Shown: positions 10,742 through 19,774, numbered from the stretch's first letter. The stretch: 40,000 bases of DNA from Methanococcoides vulcani (GCF_900111645.1 NZ_FOHQ01000003.1:73803-113802); one strand, 5' to 3'. Made by a program: numbers and translations. The notes: generated by a model from the sequence alone, not told the origin.

Positions 10742-12652
10742 ATGGCAATAGAAGATGTACTATCTGACCTAAAAAAGAAAATAGAAGAAAAGGTCCCTGA
10801 TGGAACGACCATCACCAGTGTTGAGTTCGAGGGGCCACAGCTTGTTGTTTATACTGAAAATCCTAAAAATTTTGCAGACAATGGTCATATCGTGAGGAAC
10901 CTTGCAAAAACTCTTCGAACAAGGATAGTCGTTCGTCCGGACCCTAAGGTCTTAGTTCCTCCAGAGGATGCTATCGAAAAGATAAAAGATACCGTTCCAA
11001 AAGATTCCATTCTAACTAATTTTCACTTTGATCCTGATGTGGGAGAAGTGGTCATAGAAGCGGAGAAGCCCGGACTTGTGATAGGTAAGCATGGAGAGAC
11101 GCTCCGTGAGATCACAAAGAAGATCGGCTGGACACCAAAGGTTGTCCGCACGCCGCCTATCAAATCCCGAACTGTTAACAACATCAGGGAATTTATGCGA
11201 ACCAATCACAAGGACCGTAAAGAGATCCTTAAGACCGTTGGGCGCAATATTCACAGGGAATGCACATCAAAGGATAAGTGGGTAAGGGTCACATCATTGG
11301 GAGGTTGTAAAGAGGTAGGAAGAAGTTGCTTCCTTTTATCAACCCCTGAGTCAAAGGTCATGATTGATTGTGGTGTGAACGTCGGTTCAGACGATAACAT
11401 GACCCCTTATCTCTATTTGCCTGAGGTACAGCCACTTAACCAGATCGATGCTGTCGTACTGACACATGCTCACCTTGATCATCAGGGACTTGTTCCTCTC
11501 CTTTACAAATATGGCTATGAAGGTCCTATTTACTGCACATCACCTACAAGGGACATGATGGTGCTCTTACAGCTGGATTATATCGATGTGGCTGCAAAGG
11601 ATGGTAAAAGGATACCTTATGAATCTTCAAATGTGCGTGACGGACTTAAGCACACCATTGCACTTGGTTTTGAAGAGGTTACCGACATTGCACCTGATAT
11701 CAAGCTCACATTCCATAATGCCGGCCATATCATTGGTTCAGCAATATCACATTTCCATATTGGTGATGGTCTTCACAATGTTGTTATCACCGGTGACTAC
11801 AAGTACGGTCCTACAAGGCTCTTTGACCCGGCTGTCAACAAGTTCCCGCGTGTTGAGACCGTCATAACCGAATCTACCTATGGTGCATCCTCGGCAATAC
11901 AGCCATCCCTTAAAGAAGCTGAGAAGAACCTTCAGCAGATCGTCAAAAGGACCATTGCCAACAATGGTATTGTACTGATCCCTGCGTTTGCTGTTGGAAG
12001 AAGTCAGGAAGTCATGATAGTTCTTGAAGATGCTATCAGGAAAGGTATAATTGACGACATTCCTGTCTATCTTGATGGTATGATATGGGAAGCTACAGCC
12101 ATTCATGCGACCTATCCGGAATACCTGAACAATAACCTCAGGAAACTCATCTTCCAGAAGGGGCAGAACCCGTTCCTTGCAGAATGCTTCAAGCCGGTAG
12201 ATTCCCATGATCTGCGAAAGAAGATCATTAATGATCCACACCCATGTGTGATCCTCGCAACCTCTGGTATGATGAATGCAGGCCCCGTTATGGAATATTT
12301 CAAGGCATTTGCACCTGATCCTAACAACACACTTGTGTTCGTCGGTTATCAGGCAGATGGTACACTTGGAAGACGTATCCAGAAAGGCTGGAAGGAGATC
12401 CCGCTCTCATCCAAGAACGGAGCAGAGGTCGTCCAGATGAATATGGATGTGCAGGTAGTCGATGGTTTCTCAGGACACTCCGACAGAAAACAGCTGATGG
12501 ATTTCATTAAGAAGATGAAGCCACAGCCAGAGCGTGTTTTCACTGAGCACGGTGATGAACGTTCCTGTATCGATCTTGCAAGTTCATTGCACAAGAAATA
12601 TCGCCTCGAAACGAGAGCACTTACAAACCTTGAGACTGTAAGGCTTGTTTGA
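10742..12652 (+). CDS. aCPSF1-type beta-CASP ribonuclease (KH domains + metallo-beta-lactamase + beta-CASP; FttA-like)
   Basis: 636 aa. KH-like motif [18 protein letters not shown] motif [10 protein letters not shown], and a C-terminal HSDRKQL / EHGDE motif typical of CPSF73/aCPSF1. Confidence 0.93.
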   Translation: MAIEDVLSDLKKKIEEKVPDGTTITSVEFEGPQLVVYTENPKNFADNGHIVRNLAKTLRTRIVVRPDPKVLVPPEDAIEKIKDTVPKDSILTNFHFDPDVGEVVIEAEKPGLVIGKHGETLREITKKIGWTPKVVRTPPIKSRTVNNIREFMRTNHKDRKEILKTVGRNIHRECTSKDKWVRVTSLGGCKEVGRSCFLLSTPESKVMIDCGVNVGSDDNMTPYLYLPEVQPLNQIDAVVLTHAHLDHQGLVPLLYKYGYEGPIYCTSPTRDMMVLLQLDYIDVAAKDGKRIPYESSNVRDGLKHTIALGFEEVTDIAPDIKLTFHNAGHIIGSAISHFHIGDGLHNVVITGDYKYGPTRLFDPAVNKFPRVETVITESTYGASSAIQPSLKEAEKNLQQIVKRTIANNGIVLIPAFAVGRSQEVMIVLEDAIRKGIIDDIPVYLDGMIWEATAIHATYPEYLNNNLRKLIFQKGQNPFLAECFKPVDSHDLRKKIINDPHPCVILATSGMMNAGPVMEYFKAFAPDPNNTLVFVGYQADGTLGRRIQKGWKEIPLSSKNGAEVVQMNMDVQVVDGFSGHSDRKQLMDFIKKMKPQPERVFTEHGDERSCIDLASSLHKKYRLETRALTNLETVRLV

Positions 12653-12673
12653 AGCGGATGATATCAAAAAGAT

Positions 12674-13351
12674 TTACCTGAGCGGTTCCAGATCTGCCAG
12701 AAATTTCAGCAATTGGCTGTGATCCTGGAATATCTGGTCTGCTCTTTTAAGTTTTTCAGTATCCACATAGGTTGAAACTGCCACACAGTGAATTCCGGCA
12801 TTCTTTGCAGAATCTACGCCAAGTGGTGCGTTCTCAATAACAAGGCAGTTCTCTTTTTCGACTTCAAGTATTTTCATAGCTTTCAGGTAAGGTTCAGGGT
12901 GCGGTTTCCCATTGGTGACATCAGCACCTGAGATTGTCACCTCGAAGATGTCCGGATAGAACTCATTGATCATACTGTCCACGATCGGGCGATCGGAACC
13001 GGAAACCACGGCAAGATGGAAGTGGCTTTTAAGGGTCTTCAGTAGATCATACATGCCGTCAAAAGGAGCAATTTTCTTATTTTTTAAGAACAGTTCACGT
13101 TTTCGAACCCGAAGCTTTTCGATAATTTCCGGGTCTGCTTCAAGGCCAGCTTTTTTGAATATGAGCTTGATGACGCCTACGTGGTTAGAACCTTCAATAT
13201 CATAGATATCCTGCCTGACAATATCAATACCAACTTCAGAGAATGTGCGTACCCAGGCATCAGCATGACATGGCATAGAATCCATAAGGACTCCATCAGC
13301 ATCAAATATCAGTGAATTGAACATGCATTTAAATTCCGGCTGATATGACAT
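12674..13351 (-). CDS. HAD-superfamily hydrolase (beta-phosphoglucomutase-like subfamily IA)
   Basis: FDADGVLMDS (the DxDG nucleophile motif), VVSGS, and GKPHPEPY...ENAPLGVDSAKNAG. The real start may be the internal MFNSLIFDADG. Confidence 0.8.
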   Translation of the reverse strand: MSYQPEFKCMFNSLIFDADGVLMDSMPCHADAWVRTFSEVGIDIVRQDIYDIEGSNHVGVIKLIFKKAGLEADPEIIEKLRVRKRELFLKNKKIAPFDGMYDLLKTLKSHFHLAVVSGSDRPIVDSMINEFYPDIFEVTISGADVTNGKPHPEPYLKAMKILEVEKENCLVIENAPLGVDSAKNAGIHCVAVSTYVDTEKLKRADQIFQDHSQLLKFLADLEPLR

Positions 13352-13449
13352 AAAGATTACCTGTTCGGTCTTCCTTTTAATGGTTTATATAACGGTTTTC
13401 GAAAGGATTAATAACTATACGAGCCCATTTTATTAATGAGGTGAAATGT

Positions 13450-13575
13450 ATGTCAAAGTATCACAAACGCGAGTCAGAACGTAAGGGTGAAAAGAAGGTC
13501 GAAATTCTGGAAGACAAATTAATACACGAAAACCTCGAGGATCTCAAAGGAGAAGGCGGTGAAATACTAGATTGA
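13450..13575 (+). CDS. Possible 41-aa highly charged mini-protein, translationally coupled to the SAMP-like gene
   Basis: My own translation is MSKYHKRESERKGEKKVEILEDKLIHENLEDLKGEGGEILD. GAGGTGA lies a few nt upstream of the ATG at 13450. Its TGA (13573-13575) overlaps the TTG start (13572) of the next ORF. It is below the ORF-track length cutoff and has no recognisable family. Confidence 0.35.
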   Translation: MSKYHKRESERKGEKKVEILEDKLIHENLEDLKGEGGEILD

Positions 13576-13784
13576 GTCCACAAGTAGAAGTAAAGATCTT
13601 CCCTGAAAGTCCGGAAGGACAGATCATAGATGTTCCCGATGGAGCAACCTATGAAGATCTGTTGAAAATTCTGGACATAAATCAGGAGCTAGTAATATTA
13701 TTAAATAACGGTCAGGCTGTTCCCATTGATGGAACAGTCGATGCCGGAACAATAACTATTCTTAGAGCGATATCAGGTGGCTGA
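13572..13784 (+). CDS. Ubiquitin-like beta-grasp protein of the MoaD/ThiS/SAMP family (C-terminal Gly-Gly)
   Basis: 70 aa ending ...ITILRAISGG-stop. The size and C-terminal diglycine are typical of ThiS/MoaD/SAMP. Confidence 0.75.
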   Translation: MSPQVEVKIFPESPEGQIIDVPDGATYEDLLKILDINQELVILLNNGQAVPIDGTVDAGTITILRAISGG

Positions 13785-13975
13785 TATAATCGTATAATAT
13801 GATACAGCACAGTAATATGATTCAGTATAATATTTACTGCGATGTAATTTTACGATACAGTTACACGATATATTGATACAATATATTAATGCGACATATG
13901 GTCACATAAATCAAAAAAGCAAAGCTAGTTTGATGCTTCTTTCTTACAACCAACGAGCACGCCTGACAAAAAAAA

Positions 13976-13998
13976 CCCGGATGGATCTAGATCCGGGG
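13976..13998. terminator. Putative bidirectional terminator hairpin between convergent genes
   Basis: The sequence AAAAAAAA-CCCGGAT-GGATCTAG-ATCCGGG-GGTTCTTTATTT has 7-bp perfect arms (CCCGGAT/ATCCGGG). An A-run lies on one side and a T-rich run on the other. It sits 5 nt from the regulator's stop codon. Confidence 0.45.
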
Positions 13999-14003
13999 GT
14001 TCT

Positions 14004-14378
14004 TTATTTGGCAAGAGTTTTCAGTTTGTTGATTATGCGTATTCTTGCTTCGTTTTCCTCACGGATCTTTTGTTCATAATGTTTAATGATCTTTCCAAAA
14101 GGCGTTGTTAAAGAATAGATCTTTGTAGGCCTTCCTTTTCCGGTCACTTTTTCATTATGGACTGATATCCAGGAGTTCTCTCTCATTTCTCTCATTGCAA
14201 CACTGACTTCGGGTTGACGAAGACCTGTGCTCATTTCTATTTCCTGTGAAGAGGCTTCCTTCACATTTGATAGATATGCAATGGTCGTAGCAAGATTCCG
14301 TGTCATTCCAAGACTTTTGAGAGACTCAACGATCTCCTCGTTGGATTCACCCAATTGCTTTCCACCAAAGCTTATCAT
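14004..14378 (-). CDS. Winged-helix (ArsR/MarR-like) transcriptional regulator
   Basis: ASSQEIEMSTGLRQPEVSVAMREMRENSWISVHNEKVTGKGRPTKIYSL gives an HTH + wing pattern. I prefer the start at MISFGG (14378) because GGTGGTGA lies 3-4 nt upstream. The track ORF extends to 14435. Confidence 0.7.
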   Translation of the reverse strand: MISFGGKQLGESNEEIVESLKSLGMTRNLATTIAYLSNVKEASSQEIEMSTGLRQPEVSVAMREMRENSWISVHNEKVTGKGRPTKIYSLTTPFGKIIKHYEQKIREENEARIRIINKLKTLAK

Positions 14379-14628
14379 GTTCACCACCGTACCACTATTG
14401 TAGAGTAAATACTGTAGAGTATTTTCTACCCCCAATTAAAGATGTGTCATTATTATATTTAAACTGTGTGTGACGAATTAGGCAATTCTACATGTATTAT
14501 ATAAAATTGAATATGCTTCTCCTATATGTATAATCTCTAAAGATCGATCTTCAAAATCATCCCGGAATTCGTATAGAAGAACTACTATGGGGGAGTTAGT
14601 ATGGAAATCTTAGAGTAAGATTAATGAG

Positions 14629-15810
14629 TCAGTAATTGGTCAACAATACCAACTTTTCCCCAACGATCTCCAGAATACTTTCCCTCATTTTCTCAAAGCT
14701 GTCAAATCTTGCACGATCATTGTCATCGAAAAGTTTGTTGCGTATCAGTTTTCCGATAATATCATCCCATCCTGGTTCAAGTTGCAGGACCTGAGAGCCC
14801 GGATAAAAGTGTGCAGTGTGCGAAAAACCATCGGGATCACCGTCGGTAATACCAATAACAGGAACATGCAACCTGTAGAGAATATCACCGGCTATTGCGG
14901 TCGTATCATCGCCCACAGTGATCGCACATTTACATCCGTCAGCAAGTTCTATGGATCGCTCTGCTATGTGATCTATCAAAGTCGCCATAAAGGAAGAGTT
15001 GCTTTCATGGATCAGGGTATGGCATCTTTTAGGACCGGTACCAACTTCAGGCAAACTTCGCCTTATTGCACCTGTCTTAACCCAGGCTGTCCTGATATCA
15101 AGCGGTTCCATGGATTCGTACATGTGCAGTTTCTCAAGTCCATGCTCTTTTATTATACCGCCCTCTAATCCGGTTACAAAACCGTTTTCCACCACAATTG
15201 AAACATCATCAGACGTGGCTTTACCAATGACGAATCCTTCTATCATGATAAGCTCGCCAGCATGAACTCCCCGTATCTTTCTCATGGTCTTTGTGCCCAC
15301 AGTCGAGATCTGCACGTCTCCGTGATCCTGACCTTCAGTAACTGGCATTCCAAGCAGATCTCCCATTTTTGTTGCGAGATCGTAACCTCCATCATTCCAG
15401 TAGATCACACTGCCATCTTCACAGCCCGGGCTTTCTATCTGTATGATGGGCTTGAGGTTCCTGTCCGAAAGCCTGGACATGACAATACTGCCAAATTCAA
15501 GCCCGTTACCTGCTGTTTTCCCATGGTTGAGCAGGCAAACGGCATCACAGGAGCCAAGAAGAGAATCGATAGCATTACTGGGTTTAAGGCTTTCCTTGAT
15601 GTCTATACAGTCTTCCATGAGCGCATCCATGACTGCGATCTTTCCCATTGTGCCACCAAGCTTCGCAGTGACCTCTCCCATACCTGAGAGCATCTCCAGT
15701 ATATGTTTTGCATGACCGGAATCGATCACTTCAGGCCCGTGGATAACAACCCCTATCTTCATAGTCAATACTTTGTAATGGACCTTATTTTTGGTTTTCG
15801 ATGCTATCAT
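14629..15810 (-). CDS. Conserved archaeal two-domain protein of unknown function (possibly DUF2117-like; the C-terminal part has a Toprim-like motif pattern)
   Basis: 393-aa ORF. MKIGVVIHGPEVIDSGHAKHILE begins at residue 17, so 15762 is an alternative start. The C-terminal ITVGDDTTAIAGDIL...VPVIGITDGDPDG resembles the (E)G..D.....TD.D..G Toprim/RNase M5 layout. The family assignment is from memory only. Confidence 0.6.
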   Translation of the reverse strand: MIASKTKNKVHYKVLTMKIGVVIHGPEVIDSGHAKHILEMLSGMGEVTAKLGGTMGKIAVMDALMEDCIDIKESLKPSNAIDSLLGSCDAVCLLNHGKTAGNGLEFGSIVMSRLSDRNLKPIIQIESPGCEDGSVIYWNDGGYDLATKMGDLLGMPVTEGQDHGDVQISTVGTKTMRKIRGVHAGELIMIEGFVIGKATSDDVSIVVENGFVTGLEGGIIKEHGLEKLHMYESMEPLDIRTAWVKTGAIRRSLPEVGTGPKRCHTLIHESNSSFMATLIDHIAERSIELADGCKCAITVGDDTTAIAGDILYRLHVPVIGITDGDPDGFSHTAHFYPGSQVLQLEPGWDDIIGKLIRNKLFDDNDRARFDSFEKMRESILEIVGEKLVLLTNY

Positions 15811-16126
15811 AAAATAATCAAATCAATACATTTATATTCAATGTAAGCGAACCTAAATTAGGCAAAAGTCGAATAATTATTATAAACTATAAATCCATCC
15901 CCTCTAAACTTCCGTCATAGACTTTTGCCTTTCACATAATCTTCTTGATATCAATTTTTGATATCTGTTTTGCCACTTCACAACAAAGGCTTCCAGCTCA
16001 TGCTTTTGAGCTGGTTGAGTCAGGCTTCTTGATCTTAAAATGTTTTTACAGAAACGTTTAAGTCATTTTTAAAAATAAAAAAAGATGTGGATAGGAACAT
16101 CTACATGAATTACTACCTTTTTATCT

Positions 16127-17713
16127 TTATTTCCTGTAACAAAGTTCTAAATGTTCCTCGGATGGAGGCTTTGTGGCAAAGCTGACAACTACTGCAACTA
16201 TCATTGCAATAGGGGTTGCCACAAGGATAGGATCGACAACTGTCCATGTTCCTGTCAGCAATGTGTCCATGCCGAAGATCGCCTTTGATATACCGAGAGG
16301 GACTGCTTCCTTTGCATGGACGAATGTAAGCCAGAACAGGCTGCTTACAGTACCTACCAGCAGACTTGCGATAGCACCTTCCTTTGTCATTCTCTTCCAG
16401 AACAATGCACCGATGTACATAGGAAGGAATGCTGCTGCACATAATCCAAAGAAGATCGCTGTTGCTCTTGCAATGATACTTATTGGAAGTATGTAGGCAA
16501 GGATGACACTTACAAGAATAGTTACTGCAATACCAAGCCTTGTTATGTTCACTGTATTTCCGATATCCCCTTTCTTAATGAACTCACGGTAAAAGTCATG
16601 TCCGATAGCCGTTCCCATTGTGTGGAACTGTGAGCTCAGCGTTGACATTGCAGCTGCAAGCAGTGTCAGCATGAGCAGGACAACGAACAATTCCGGCATG
16701 GCACCATTGATATATTCCGGCATAATGAGGTCAGTGTTTCCTTTTGCTGCTGCTACTGCAATAAGTCCCTGTGTCTTCTGGAAATAGACATTTGAGAGGG
16801 CTCCTACAGTAAAAGCCACACCGGTCATCATAAGGATGAATGGTCCGCCTACGAAGACAGCACGATTTAATGCCTTGTCGTTCTCAACTGTCATAAACCT
16901 GACAGCAAGCTGAGGTTGTGCCAGTACACCGATCCCAACTCCAAGAACGAGAGTTGATACCAGCGTCCACCAGATGGGCGTACCAAAAGCCGGCATCGCT
17001 GTCCATCCAAGATGACCTCCCGCAGCAAGGGATTCAGGAACAAGGTTTGACATGCCTGTGAGTGCCTCGTGTGCTGCAGTGACACCTCCGAGCTTGACAT
17101 ATGTCAGTGCAAGCAGGATTATCATGCCAATGAACATGAAAGCACCCTGCAATGCATCAGTATACATCACAGCGATAAGTCCACCTGTAATGACGTAAGC
17201 TGCTACAATGATCGTAAGGATAAGAACTGCAATATCGTAGTTCACACCAAGGGTTGTTTCAAGAAAACGTGCTCCGCCAATGAGAACTATCCCTGCATAT
17301 AGAGGCATGAATACGCCGATGAGGGCTCCGGAAAATCCCTGGATGAACCGGGACTGGAAACGTTTTCCAAGCAATTCCGGGAATGTGACAGCATTGAGAC
17401 GGGCACCAATGCTTCTTGTTCGTTTTCCAAATATGACAAAAGCGATGAAGATACCGACAATGATGTTCATCACTGCAAGCCAGAGAAGACCCATGCCAAG
17501 GGCACCTGCAGCACCGCCAAATCCGACGATCGCAGATGTACTGATAAATGTCGCACCATAGGAAAGTGCAAGAATATAAGGATGTATCGTTCGCCCGGCT
17601 ACCATGTAGTCATCGATCTGCTTTGTTTTCTTGTATCCTAATAATCCCAGATAGAAGATTATCATTAGATAGATAAGTACAATAACTCCGAGCAGGGGTG
17701 TGCTAACTGTCAT
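16127..17713 (-). CDS. Sodium:solute symporter family (SSF) transporter
   Basis: 528 aa and polytopic (about 13 hydrophobic segments). N-terminal YMVAGR, then GATFISTSAIVGFGG... typical of SSF/PutP/PanF-like carriers. Confidence 0.85.
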   Translation of the reverse strand: MTVSTPLLGVIVLIYLMIIFYLGLLGYKKTKQIDDYMVAGRTIHPYILALSYGATFISTSAIVGFGGAAGALGMGLLWLAVMNIIVGIFIAFVIFGKRTRSIGARLNAVTFPELLGKRFQSRFIQGFSGALIGVFMPLYAGIVLIGGARFLETTLGVNYDIAVLILTIIVAAYVITGGLIAVMYTDALQGAFMFIGMIILLALTYVKLGGVTAAHEALTGMSNLVPESLAAGGHLGWTAMPAFGTPIWWTLVSTLVLGVGIGVLAQPQLAVRFMTVENDKALNRAVFVGGPFILMMTGVAFTVGALSNVYFQKTQGLIAVAAAKGNTDLIMPEYINGAMPELFVVLLMLTLLAAAMSTLSSQFHTMGTAIGHDFYREFIKKGDIGNTVNITRLGIAVTILVSVILAYILPISIIARATAIFFGLCAAAFLPMYIGALFWKRMTKEGAIASLLVGTVSSLFWLTFVHAKEAVPLGISKAIFGMDTLLTGTWTVVDPILVATPIAMIVAVVVSFATKPPSEEHLELCYRK

Positions 17714-17832
17714 TAAAAGTCCTCCTGCTCTTCTTCATTCCATTTCAAAAGACCATAAACCATACAACCAAGAGCGCTTACAATGCAAAGTACGTAGGCG
17801 ATCCAGATCTGGGGGTCATCTATTCCTAACAT
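17713..17832 (-). CDS. Symporter small accessory membrane protein (39 aa)
   Basis: My own translation is MLGIDDPQIWIAYVLCIVSALGCMVYGLLKWNEEEQEDF, with a single TM helix. Its stop overlaps the symporter ATG (TAATG). It is below the ORF-track cutoff. The layout matches the small subunits commonly found upstream of SSF genes. Confidence 0.65.
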   Translation of the reverse strand: MLGIDDPQIWIAYVLCIVSALGCMVYGLLKWNEEEQEDF

Positions 17833-18081
17833 AATTATCACCACGTTTTTTTCAAAAATGTATAAATCATGTCACTCGTTAACACGAACAATACTTTAAG
17901 GTTTCGTATGATACAAGTATATTTTATAAGTCATTGGGCACATGTTGGCACAAATGTGCACATATATACTTTAGATGAAGTCTAATAAAAATATCAAAAG
18001 TAGTACGGATAAATGTTGGAATTAAATGAAATGAAAATGATTTAAAAATAAAAGAGTGAATGCGCTGAGCTGAATAACAAC

Positions 18082-18906
18082 TCAGGCATGATCATGTACC
18101 CAGAAGTTACCGTCAACTGTTATCTCTTTCTTCCATATGGGCACTTCTGACTTTACCCTTTCAAGGGTCTCGGCAAGTGCAGCGAAAAGCTGCTGTCTGT
18201 GTCCTGCTGCTACGACAATGTACACAATATCCTCCAGAGGCATTATACTGCCGACCTTGTGATGGATAAGTACATCTATAATACCTTCCTGCTGCATGAT
18301 CTCTTCGCGGATCTTACGGATGCTTGCATCAGCAGCCTTTTCATAACTTTCAAACTCGAGCTGGCTGGTCCGGAAGTCCTCATTGTCCACACGGACTATT
18401 CCGGTAAAGCTTCCTATACCGCCTACCTTTTCAATCCCAGGAGTCTCTTTTATCTGCTTGATCAGAAGATCAAGTGTCACATGGTCAGGCTGTTCCTTTA
18501 TCAGTTCCACAACCTCGTCAAGATCCCAGTCAGACCTTGCAGGCAGCTTTGCAACCACATTCTGGACATCCTCATCCATATATCCCAGTACTATCTTCGC
18601 AATAGGGCTGTCCTTTGCACCTTCGACCACAGCGAAGTCCATACCTGCATCTGCAAGAGCATCGATGGCCTTTTCAATAGAAGGATCACGCTGGATGGAA
18701 ACAAGTTCGCTGTTGGTGACCGCTGTGACCATATCAGCACCGGAATCAAAATGTTTGCCGGTATCAGTGTTCGGATCATCAAGCCTATGGTCAAGCATCA
18801 TTTTGGCCGTTCCCACACGTCCAAGCTTTGAAAGTTCCTGAACCAGCCTTGTAACAAGGGTCGTTTTTCCTGTGTTCTTGTAGCCTATTACTGAGATGAC
18901 TTTCAT
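18082..18906 (-). CDS. MobB (Mo-cofactor guanylyltransferase accessory GTPase) fused to MoaE (molybdopterin synthase catalytic subunit)
   Basis: The N-terminus MKVISVIGYKNTGKTTLVTRLV has a P-loop and is MobB-like. The C-terminus GSFTGIVR...VLIHHKVGSIMPLEDIVYIVVAAGHRQQLFAAL...VPIWKKE is MoaE-like. Confidence 0.8.
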   Translation of the reverse strand: MKVISVIGYKNTGKTTLVTRLVQELSKLGRVGTAKMMLDHRLDDPNTDTGKHFDSGADMVTAVTNSELVSIQRDPSIEKAIDALADAGMDFAVVEGAKDSPIAKIVLGYMDEDVQNVVAKLPARSDWDLDEVVELIKEQPDHVTLDLLIKQIKETPGIEKVGGIGSFTGIVRVDNEDFRTSQLEFESYEKAADASIRKIREEIMQQEGIIDVLIHHKVGSIMPLEDIVYIVVAAGHRQQLFAALAETLERVKSEVPIWKKEITVDGNFWVHDHA

Positions 18907-19084
18907 GGTCTTTCTGTATTTTCAGCTCACTATATAAGTACGTTGGATTATGGAAATACAAATAGAAATGGAATCGGAAAAGTAAATGAAAACGAAAAGT
19001 GAAAAAGGATATTCCTTATAAAAATATTAATCAACAACTTAAATCTCGTCTACTTTATATTAATCCTCTATATTATAGGGCTTC

Positions 19085-19774
19085 ATGTGTGCTCACAAAG
19101 TACGGATACATGATATGCCTGAAGAGGAACGACCAAGGGAACGTTTATTGAAATACGGCCCAGGCTCACTATCAAATACAGAGTTGCTGTCAATTATCCT
19201 TCGCACAGGCTCAAAAGACGAGAATGTCCTGAACATGTGTGCGCGTATATTTTCTGAATACAACCTGAAGCAGCTCAGCCAGGCAAACATAAGCCAGCTA
19301 ACAAATATGCGTGGTATTGGTCCAGCAAAGGCCACACAGATAGCTGCTGTTTTTGAACTTGCAAGAAAACTGGAGGTCTTCATGGATGATCCTAAAAGGA
19401 AGATACGATCTGCCGGTGATGTCTATTCACTGCTCTATCCAAAACACAGGGAGCTCAAAAAGGAAATGCTCACTGCCCTCTATCTTGATACAAAGAACCA
19501 GATCCTTCGTGAGGAGGTAGTTTCTGTAGGCAGCCTGAATGCAAATATCGTCCATCCGCGTGAGGTGTTCAAGTCAGCACTAATGGAGTCCTCGGCATCG
19601 GTCATATTGACACATAATCACCCTTCAGGTGACCCGTCACCAAGCAGGGAGGACATAGCTGTTACTGAGAAGCTTGTTGAGGGCGGGAAGATCCTCGGGA
19701 TCAATGTGCTTGATCATGTGATAATCGGGGATGGGAGATATGTCAGTCTGAAAGAGGAAGGATTCATCAATTGA
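19085..19774 (+). CDS. radC: RadC-like JAB/MPN-domain protein (UPF0758)
   Basis: ERPRERLLKYGPGSLSNTELLSIILRTG, a helix-hairpin-helix (MRGIGPAKATQI) and the JAMM motif HNHPSGDPSPSREDI. Confidence 0.85.
   Translation: MCAHKVRIHDMPEEERPRERLLKYGPGSLSNTELLSIILRTGSKDENVLNMCARIFSEYNLKQLSQANISQLTNMRGIGPAKATQIAAVFELARKLEVFMDDPKRKIRSAGDVYSLLYPKHRELKKEMLTALYLDTKNQILREEVVSVGSLNANIVHPREVFKSALMESSASVILTHNHPSGDPSPSREDIAVTEKLVEGGKILGINVLDHVIIGDGRYVSLKEEGFIN

Noticed and set aside
11747-12594. Minus-strand ORFs 11747-12241, 12112-12330 and 12349-12594 (and the similar 11012-11254 and 11023-11205).
   Set aside because: They are antisense to the well-supported aCPSF1 gene and show no motifs.
14782-15715. Plus-strand ORFs 14782-15168, 14999-15265, 15262-15687 and 15443-15715.
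   Set aside because: They are antisense shadows of the 393-aa minus-strand gene.
18199-18841. Long plus-strand ORFs 18199-18831 (210 aa) and 18383-18841 (152 aa).
   Set aside because: They are antisense shadows of the MobB-MoaE gene, which has clear family motifs. Their translations are low-complexity (Ser/Ile/Phe-rich).
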